Virus record (IMG/VR): IMGVR_UViG_3300021091_000015
Reading direction: 5' to 3' (one strand)
From: a virus
DNA: 64,000 nucleotides
The notes under the pieces were generated by a model. The model ran no database searches, was not told the DNA's origin, and saw only the letters and a program-made list of their open reading frames with translations. Made by a program: the position numbers and the translations under genes. Of this stretch, positions 58,080-64,000 are shown in pieces. How positions within the stretch are numbered: position 1 is the stretch's first letter; each line of letters starts with the position of its first letter.

Positions 58080-58258
58080 AACAAAAGTTCAATCGTTCAT
58101 ATGTCATTTTTGATTTTCACCATTTAAATCCTTCTGAAAAAGATGTTGATTGGTCAAAACTCAGATTGAAGTCTGATGAATCAATCAAAAATGAACTTAA
58201 TAAATGTGTTCTTTTATGTTCAAATTGTCATAGAAAGAGACATCATTTAAATTCGTAG
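58080..58258 (+). pseudogene. Truncated HNH endonuclease remnant
   Basis: FDFHHLNP...CVLLCSNCHRKRH C-terminal HNH with no credible N-terminus; antisense within the tRNA cluster. Confidence 0.6.
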
Positions 58259-58327
58259 GCCCACCAAGATTCGAACTTGGAATATCTCATTAGAAGTGAG
58301 AGGGTATATCCCTTTACCTATGGGCCC
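58256..58327 (-). tRNA. tRNA-Arg(TCT)
   Basis: GGGCCCA acceptor; TCTCA-CTTCTAA-TGAGA; GTTCGAATC. Confidence 0.9.
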
Positions 58328-58391
58328 ATTAAAATGGAAATTTCCTTCTACGATAACCGTAGTTGTAGATTTGAGGAGTTTTCCATTTTTG

Positions 58392-58477
58392 TACCGCTGG
58401 CCGGAATCGAACCGGCACGGACATTACTGTCCAAGAAATTTTAAGTCTCTCTTGTCTACCTGTTTCAACACAGCGGC
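58392..58477 (-). tRNA. tRNA-Leu(TAA)
   Basis: GCCGCTG acceptor; CTTAAAA loop; long variable arm GGACAG/TGTCC; GTTCGATTC. Confidence 0.9.
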
Positions 58478-58558
58478 ATCAATTTCACCAACATGTCAAA
58501 GAACAAATTCAGTTCAATCTGAACTATTGTACAATTATACAAAAAAAAGACTTAAAAT

Positions 58559-58593
58559 AAAAAACCCGAACTTCAAAAATAAAAGTTCGGGTT
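58559..58593 (-). terminator. Terminator of the putative attenuator
   Basis: AACCCGAACTTT...GAAGTTCGGGTT-TTTATTTT. Confidence 0.8.
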
Positions 58594-58623
58594 CAATTAG
58601 TTAGAGTTTACTCTCAGTATAAC

Positions 58624-58725
58624 TTACAACTTAAAATCCGAACTTGGGTTACTTAAATACAAACCTCTCCCATTACCACTTAGCGGGTTGTTTGACGTTT
58701 GTTGTATGTGTACCAAGTTCATCAT
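58624..58725 (-). CDS. Putative 33-aa leader peptide MMNLVHIQQTSNNPLSGNGRGLYLSNPSSDFKL
   Basis: Short ORF carrying alternative pairing segments, upstream of the terminator and tRNAs; ATACTTAT promoter variant upstream. Confidence 0.5.
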   Translation of the reverse strand: MMNLVHIQQTSNNPLSGNGRGLYLSNPSSDFKL

Positions 58726-58762
58726 TGTTTAATAAGTATATACAAATATACAAAAAGTTTTT

Positions 58763-59005
58763 TTAAAATAAATCATCACACCATATTGGTGTCTTCTCTC
58801 CCATGTATGAACCTGACACGTTAAAATCAAAATATTCAACCGCTTCAGTCATGTCCATACCTTGGTCCATGAGAATCTTTAAACACTTTTCAACCGAGTA
58901 AATCAATCTCATAGAGTTTTCATCAATTCCTAATACCGCGGAATCAAATCCATCCGCTATTAAAATTTCCTCATCTGCATATTGTTCTAAAATTTTTTCT
59001 AACAT
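58763..59005 (-). CDS. Conserved phage hypothetical protein
   Basis: ADGFDSAVLG...EAVEYFDFN..G.Y.GEKTP. Confidence 0.65.
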   Translation of the reverse strand: MLEKILEQYADEEILIADGFDSAVLGIDENSMRLIYSVEKCLKILMDQGMDMTEAVEYFDFNVSGSYMGEKTPIWCDDLF

Positions 59006-59060
59006 ATTGTCTTTTTTAGTTGTATCCCTATAGGAAATCGAACCACTCTTTCATCTGTGT

Positions 59061-59146
59061 CGGAGAGAGTAAAATTTGAACCTACGATACTTTGTAGTAC
59101 ACCTAATTTCAAGTCAGATGTAATCGACCAACTTCGCTTCTTATTC
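59061..59146 (-). pseudogene. Degenerate tRNA-Ser(TGA)
   Basis: TCTGA-CTTGAAA-TTAGG anticodon arm, variable arm, GGTTCAAAT and CTCTCCG end; stems mismatched. Confidence 0.6.
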
Positions 59147-59281
59147 ATCTGTTAACTTTTATTATAAATTATAACAAGTAAATTTCATATTTCAAAATGT
59201 TTAAAAAAATATATATAACAATCTTCATTGCCGAGGTATTTATAGTAAACCAAATAAATAAAACTAAACTAAATTACAACT

Positions 59282-59536
59282 ATGAACTTTAAAAAATGGA
59301 TTATTGACCTATTCAAAGATGAAAGAGGGTCAACTTCAATCAAACCGGTAATTGCTCTATTAGGCGCATTATTCCTTTGTGGTACCATGGCTGTAAATTC
59401 TTTTTCTCATGGTGACATTAAACCATCTGAAGAATTAGTAAACGCAGTTATGGTTATTACTGCAATTGGAATGGGTGCAGATACTGTAGACAAGTTCTCA
59501 CATAAAAAGAAATCAGACGACTCAGTATCTGAGTAA
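59282..59536 (+). CDS. Putative 2-TM holin
   Basis: Two TM segments, charged C-terminus; GTATTTAT upstream. Confidence 0.5.
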   Translation: MNFKKWIIDLFKDERGSTSIKPVIALLGALFLCGTMAVNSFSHGDIKPSEELVNAVMVITAIGMGADTVDKFSHKKKSDDSVSE

Positions 59537-59590
59537 GTGATTACGGAGTGATATAACCCGTTTAGGTGATATCAATCAATCATCATCTTA

Positions 59591-59935
59591 TTATTGAATC
59601 TGAAGTATTTTATTGTACGTATCGGTTATTTCAGCACAAGTTTCATAATCTTCGTTACCTTCAAAGAATGGTAGAATATCCCTTACTAAAACAATTGATT
59701 CTTTTCTTTTAAATTTTAACTCAGTTTCCCATTGTAAACCATTTATCTTAGCGCCTAACACTAAAATTACATTGTTTTTATCTTTTCTTTTAAGACTTTT
59801 AAAGAGGTTGACTAACGTCAGATAAATTAGTTCTTTGTTAACATTGTAAAAATCACCAAAGCTATTATAGTCCTGTTGGAGTATTAACTTTTTGATTACG
59901 GTATCGTTTGGTTTTTTAGGTAGTTTTGGTGGCAT
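59591..59935 (-). CDS. Hypothetical protein with C-terminal UVR-like motif
   Basis: NEDYETCAEI. Confidence 0.55.
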   Translation of the reverse strand: MPPKLPKKPNDTVIKKLILQQDYNSFGDFYNVNKELIYLTLVNLFKSLKRKDKNNVILVLGAKINGLQWETELKFKRKESIVLVRDILPFFEGNEDYETCAEITDTYNKILQIQ

Positions 59936-60018
59936 GTCGATTTAATTTTTGGTTCATCACAAATTTGACCAAAAAAATCGACCTATACAAATAAATGAAT
60001 AAATTGTTTAAAAAAAGT

Positions 60019-60429
60019 TTAAACCGTATGGTCCCACTGAACTCTCACACAGTTTTGGGGTAATCTGTGGATATGTCTATAATTATTGATGTACCCCATC
60101 ATATTAGCACTCCCAACCGCGTTGGCTGAATGTACAACCACATCAACAACAGGTTTTCCATCCAACCACTGATTAACTAACCATTTGGTACAGTCCATAC
60201 CTGTTTTCTCGGTGATATTGTCGTAGTTGATTTCGTAGTTTTTAACTACACCGTGTAACCATTCTTTCATTGCGCTATCACCCAAGTCGTGGTCTAAAGA
60301 AATCAACTCAACATTATCTAAACCAATCTCGGTTATCTTTTGAACCAATTCATCATAGGAACGAACCACTACCCAATTTTATTTATCAACGGGGGTTCTT
60401 ACATCATCTAAGTAAATTTTATATTTCAT
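60019..60429 (-). pseudogene. Cyclic-phosphate-processing receiver-domain protein with in-frame TAA at 60379-60381
   Basis: MKYKIYLDDVRTPVDK*NWVVVRSY...ISLDHDLG...TGMD...HSAN..G. Confidence 0.7.
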
Positions 60430-61465
60430 CTTTTTTAAATGGTTTTGTATATGGTGGGTATAATATTTTCCATATTATACTTTTATATTCTTTACCGTCC
60501 AACATATTAAATAATATTGATGGGTGGTTATATCTTTTTGCTAATTCAGCAAACTCGCGTCGGTTACATTCTTTTTGATGTGCCTCAAAATAAGTGTTTC
60601 GTATTTTATTGAATATCCATTGATATTCCTTCTCAATATTTTCATAACGAACCACAAAATCTTTAACAGTTTCTTTCACCCAACTGTTAAACTCATCAGG
60701 TACTTTTTCAAGTAACTCATCAAATGATTTATCTTCTTTAAGGTATTCCCAAATATCTCTACTTGACACATTGGTTAAAATTTTATGTAATCGAACATAC
60801 TCCTCAAATTTAATTTTCATTCTAAAATTTGATGGGTAAAATCTTACAACAAAACCTTCACTGTTTGATGTATTAAGTTTCTTATATGTGTCAAATGTTT
60901 CTTTATTGAAAGTTACCATTGTGCTTCCAACAACGTCTTCTTCCAAAATACCTGATGAATTAAAAATTGCACATGCGGTGTACCAGTTCAATTCACCTTC
61001 AGGGGTTGTTACAGAAAGGAATGTGATTTTTTCACAATTATAATTTACAACAATTCTATTCTCAGGATAAATAATTTCACATAGGTATGTAACCTCTTTT
61101 ACAAAATTATTTAAATTGTATTTTGATTTTAAAATTTCAAAACCACGGATAGACTGTTCAGAAGTAAATGAACCTCTTGTTGACATAATCCATTCCCCAT
61201 CGTAAAAGAATAGAATACCAAGAGAACCATCCATTTTATCTTGAATGTGAACATATTCACTGTCCCATGGAATTAAGTCCTTATCAATAACTTCCTCATA
61301 GTTAAAGAACTTACCAAACGGTTCTGCAATTACATCGCCTTTTGAATTGGTAACGAGTCCACGACATTGCATAGTAATATCGTCCCACAAAGATTCGTAT
61401 TGTACTCTTGGGGTATAATTCCATATGCACAAATCTTTTGTGGGGTGAGTTTGTTTTATTAACAA
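60419..61465 (-). CDS. RNA ligase, T4 Rnl1-like (true start may be near 61501)
   Basis: CRGL, KFFN, KMDGSLG (motif I), EII, EGFVV, RMKIK. Confidence 0.85.
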   Translation of the reverse strand: MLIKQTHPTKDLCIWNYTPRVQYESLWDDITMQCRGLVTNSKGDVIAEPFGKFFNYEEVIDKDLIPWDSEYVHIQDKMDGSLGILFFYDGEWIMSTRGSFTSEQSIRGFEILKSKYNLNNFVKEVTYLCEIIYPENRIVVNYNCEKITFLSVTTPEGELNWYTACAIFNSSGILEEDVVGSTMVTFNKETFDTYKKLNTSNSEGFVVRFYPSNFRMKIKFEEYVRLHKILTNVSSRDIWEYLKEDKSFDELLEKVPDEFNSWVKETVKDFVVRYENIEKEYQWIFNKIRNTYFEAHQKECNRREFAELAKRYNHPSILFNMLDGKEYKSIIWKILYPPYTKPFKKDEI

Positions 61466-61497
61466 ACCATCCTCATGGTATTTTTGTAACCTAACTA

Positions 61498-61911
61498 TCA
61501 GAGTTTTACTTCAAAACGATTTTTCATAATCTCTAATTTGTCAGAGGGTACTCCGTGGACATTTTCACCACCGTGTCTGTTTTCAACAACAATAGTGTGA
61601 ATTCGATATCCGTATCTTTTCGCCATTTCAAAATATGGTTCCATTTCCCATTCTTGGGTAAACGTATTTGACACAACAACTCTTACGACGCTATTCATCA
61701 TCAAATTTGCACACCTTTGTTGGCAGTCGTTATGAGCTTCCCTTAATTTTATTGGGTCAAAATTGTAGTTACCTTCCTTGTCTGTAAAGAAATCATCCGC
61801 CGACAATGGTTTCATTGGATTATTTGGGGTATAAAGAATGACCTCACCTAAAGTGGATTTACCCGAGCCGGGTAAACCCCTAACTAATATCAAATCTTTT
61901 GTATATTCCAT
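61498..61911 (-). CDS. Polynucleotide-kinase-like P-loop protein (AAA_33)
   Basis: RGLPGSGKST, SADD, SNT, HGVP; TATATTTG at 61930-61937. Confidence 0.8.
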   Translation of the reverse strand: MEYTKDLILVRGLPGSGKSTLGEVILYTPNNPMKPLSADDFFTDKEGNYNFDPIKLREAHNDCQQRCANLMMNSVVRVVVSNTFTQEWEMEPYFEMAKRYGYRIHTIVVENRHGGENVHGVPSDKLEIMKNRFEVKL

Positions 61912-61965
61912 GGTAAAATAGATTTATCGCAAATATAAATAATAATTTTTAGAATACCAAAAAAA

Positions 61966-62062
61966 TAAAAACCCCCAACAGAGAGTCGGGGGTTTGTGGT
62001 CATTTTGTGGTTTCAACACCACAGACTATAAAACGAAAGGAAATCGGCAAAGATATCCTGTG
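61966..62062 (-). ncRNA. Candidate sRNA B
   Basis: Minus-strand ATATTTAT at 62068-62075; TGTGGT/ACCACA hairpin; terminator CCCCCGAC/GTTGGGGG plus T tract; no ORF. Confidence 0.5.
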
Positions 62063-62102
62063 TGAATATAAATATATATGTTTTTTTAAAAAGTATGAAT
62101 AT

Positions 62103-64000
62103 TTACACCCTTTTTTTAAAAATTTTTATTTCACCGTCTTTAAATTTTAAATTAATGGAATCATTCTCCTTAATTTCGCCTTTTAAGATTGAATCACTTA
62201 AATAATCTTCACACATATTTTGGATGATTCTTTTAACTGGTCTTGCACCAAAATCTTCTTGAATATTAAGTTCCGATATTCTCTCCACAATTGTCTTATC
62301 AAAAGAAACTTTATAATTTTTTTCTTTTAATCTAACAGACAACTTATTTAATTCAATTTCAATAATCTTTTTAATTACATCTTTATCTAACGAATTAAAA
62401 CTGATTATGTCGTCTACTCGATTCAAAAACTCAGGGTTAAAGTGTTGTTTTAATGATTTTTGAACGATTGATTTTTTAACCTCAAAGTTTTGTGATTCTG
62501 AAGATGATGAACTAAAACCAACACCCTTACCAAATTCAGATACTTTTTTTGCACCAATATTGGATGTCATGATTACTATAGTGTTTGTAAAGTTTACTTT
62601 TCTTCCAAACGAATCGGTTAAATGTCCTTCATCCAAAATTTGAAGTAAGATATTGAAAACGTCTTTGTGTGCTTTTTCAACCTCATCGAACAATACCACA
62701 GAAAATGGATTATTTTTAATCTTCTCAGTAAGTTGGCCTCCTTCATCATAACCAACATAACCTGGAGGTGAACCAATTAATTTTGCCACGTTGTGTTTTT
62801 CCATGTATTCACTCATATCAACACGAATTACTTTTTCGGAGTCTCCGAAAAGTAGTTCAGCAATCGATTTTGCGAGATATGTTTTACCAACACCAGTTGA
62901 ACCTAAAAATATAAAAGAACCTATTGGTTTATTTGTATCTTTAATACCAACCCTATTTCTTCTAATTGATTTGGAAATTATTGAAATAGCCTCGTCTTGA
63001 CCAATTACTTTAGATTTTAATTTTTCTTCTAAGTTCAAAAGATTTGCGGTCTCTGTATCATCAATCTTAGAGAGAGGTACACCTGTAATTTGTGAAATCA
63101 TTTCATATACATCTGCAACCGTTACGGGTGTTTTATTGTCTTTTTGTTTGTCTAACCACTTCTTTTTTTCATCATTTAATTTACTCAGTAATTTTCTTTC
63201 TTCATCTCTTAATTTAGCCGCTTGTTCATAGTTTTGACTTTTTACAACTTCTATCTTCCTATTTTTTAAATCATCAGATTCCTTTTTTAGTTTTTCAATA
63301 ATCTCAGGAATTTTGGTATTTATTTTTTTTTCTGAACCCAATTCATCCATCACGTCAATTGCTTTATCGGGAAACTGACGGTCTGTGATAAATCTTGATG
63401 ACAAATTCACGATAGTTTCAAAAACCTCCGGTTCATAAAATACTTTGTGAAAATTTTGATATGAATCTTTTAAATTTTTTAAAATTTGAACTGTTTCTTC
63501 CTTACTTGGTTCTTTCAAAATTATTTTTTGAAATCTTCTAACTAATGCACCATCTTTCTCGATGTGTTTTTTAAATTCATCAAATGTTGTCGCCCCAATA
63601 CATTGAATTTCTCCTCGAGCTAATGCGGGTTTCATAATATTAGCGGCGTCCATTGACCCGCTAGCGTTGCCAGCACCAACCATTGTGTGTATTTCATCAA
63701 TAAACACAATTACATTAGGTTCATTCTGTATTTCGTTTAGAACTGCTTTAATACGTTCTTCAAACTGACCTCTGTATTTTGTACCAGCCACCAAAGATGT
63801 TAAATCTAATGATACAACTCGTTTGTCTAAAAGATTTGATGGACAATCTCCTTTTACAATCATCTGAGCGAGTTTCTCAACTAAAGCCGATTTACCCACA
63901 CCCGCGTCACCAATTATCACTACGTTGTTTTTCTTTTTTCTAGATAATATCTGTGCAATTCTTTTAACCTCACCATCTCTCCCAATTATTGGGTCAATTT
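62103..64000 (-). CDS. clpC: ClpC-type AAA+ unfoldase, 5'-truncated by the window edge
   Basis: DPIIGR, GDAGVGKS, GTKYRGQFEER, UVR segment QNYEQAAKLRD, GSTGVGKT, GARP; frame is open to the window end. Confidence 0.92.
   Translation of the reverse strand, partial: IDPIIGRDGEVKRIAQILSRKKKNNVVIIGDAGVGKSALVEKLAQMIVKGDCPSNLLDKRVVSLDLTSLVAGTKYRGQFEERIKAVLNEIQNEPNVIVFIDEIHTMVGAGNASGSMDAANIMKPALARGEIQCIGATTFDEFKKHIEKDGALVRRFQKIILKEPSKEETVQILKNLKDSYQNFHKVFYEPEVFETIVNLSSRFITDRQFPDKAIDVMDELGSEKKINTKIPEIIEKLKKESDDLKNRKIEVVKSQNYEQAAKLRDEERKLLSKLNDEKKKWLDKQKDNKTPVTVADVYEMISQITGVPLSKIDDTETANLLNLEEKLKSKVIGQDEAISIISKSIRRNRVGIKDTNKPIGSFIFLGSTGVGKTYLAKSIAELLFGDSEKVIRVDMSEYMEKHNVAKLIGSPPGYVGYDEGGQLTEKIKNNPFSVVLFDEVEKAHKDVFNILLQILDEGHLTDSFGRKVNFTNTIVIMTSNIGAKKVSEFGKGVGFSSSSSESQNFEVKKSIVQKSLKQHFNPEFLNRVDDIISFNSLDKDVIKKIIEIELNKLSVRLKEKNYKVSFDKTIVERISELNIQEDFGARPVKRIIQNMCEDYLSDSILKGEIKENDSINLKFKDGEIKIFKKRV

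Noticed and set aside
58296-58604. 102-aa plus-strand ORF
   Set aside because: It is antisense to tRNA-Arg, tRNA-Leu and a terminator
59021-59045. tRNA-like T-arm fragment (GGTTCGATTTCC on the minus strand)
   Set aside because: Too short to assign; at most another decayed tRNA
1-64000. Alternative genetic code (stop reassignment)
   Set aside because: Code 11 gives dense full-length ORFs with TAA, TAG and TGA all used as stops; only one internal stop was found and no suppressor tRNA

Overview
AT-rich, gene-dense 64 kb segment that reads as part of a large (jumbo-type) tailed phage of a Bacteroidota host. The evidence is TTTG-N19/20-TAnnTTTG host-type promoters, A-rich starts without Shine-Dalgarno sequences, and a Bacteroidota-style lipoprotein and tmRNA tag. 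No core capsid, terminase or polymerase gene is in the window. Contents: (1) 0-23 kb and 45.9-51.2 kb: many genes preceded by an ATATTTAT motif (probable late promoter). Their products share short N-terminal leaders (K-I-I-[T/S]-E-S-Q-L; MYKNFRISEDEKK-ILEMH; others) ending in I/L-x-E, resembling capsid-targeted, protease-matured internal proteins. They are interleaved with convergent host-promoter genes for small secreted proteins, and three peptidoglycan enzymes lie here. (2) 23-29 kb: nucleases, a kinase, and GMP reductase/IMPDH. (3) 29.3-44.2 kb: a 15-gene glycosylation and NDP-sugar operon. (4) 51.2-64 kb: an RNA/translation island. It holds a tmRNA interrupted by a group I intron beside a free-standing HNH gene, four intact tRNAs plus decayed ones, a probable leader-peptide attenuator upstream of the tRNAs, an RNA-repair operon (kinase, Rnl1-type ligase, and a cyclic-phosphate receiver domain broken by an in-frame TAA), and ClpC. 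Best candidates for undescribed biology: a boxA-preceded array of four covarying structured RNAs directly downstream of a 690-aa helical+TerD protein; a late sRNA complementary to the host 16S 3' tail, with a second sRNA antisense to it; the tRNA attenuator; and the modular leader/cargo system. All protein calls come from motif recognition by eye; no database searches were run.
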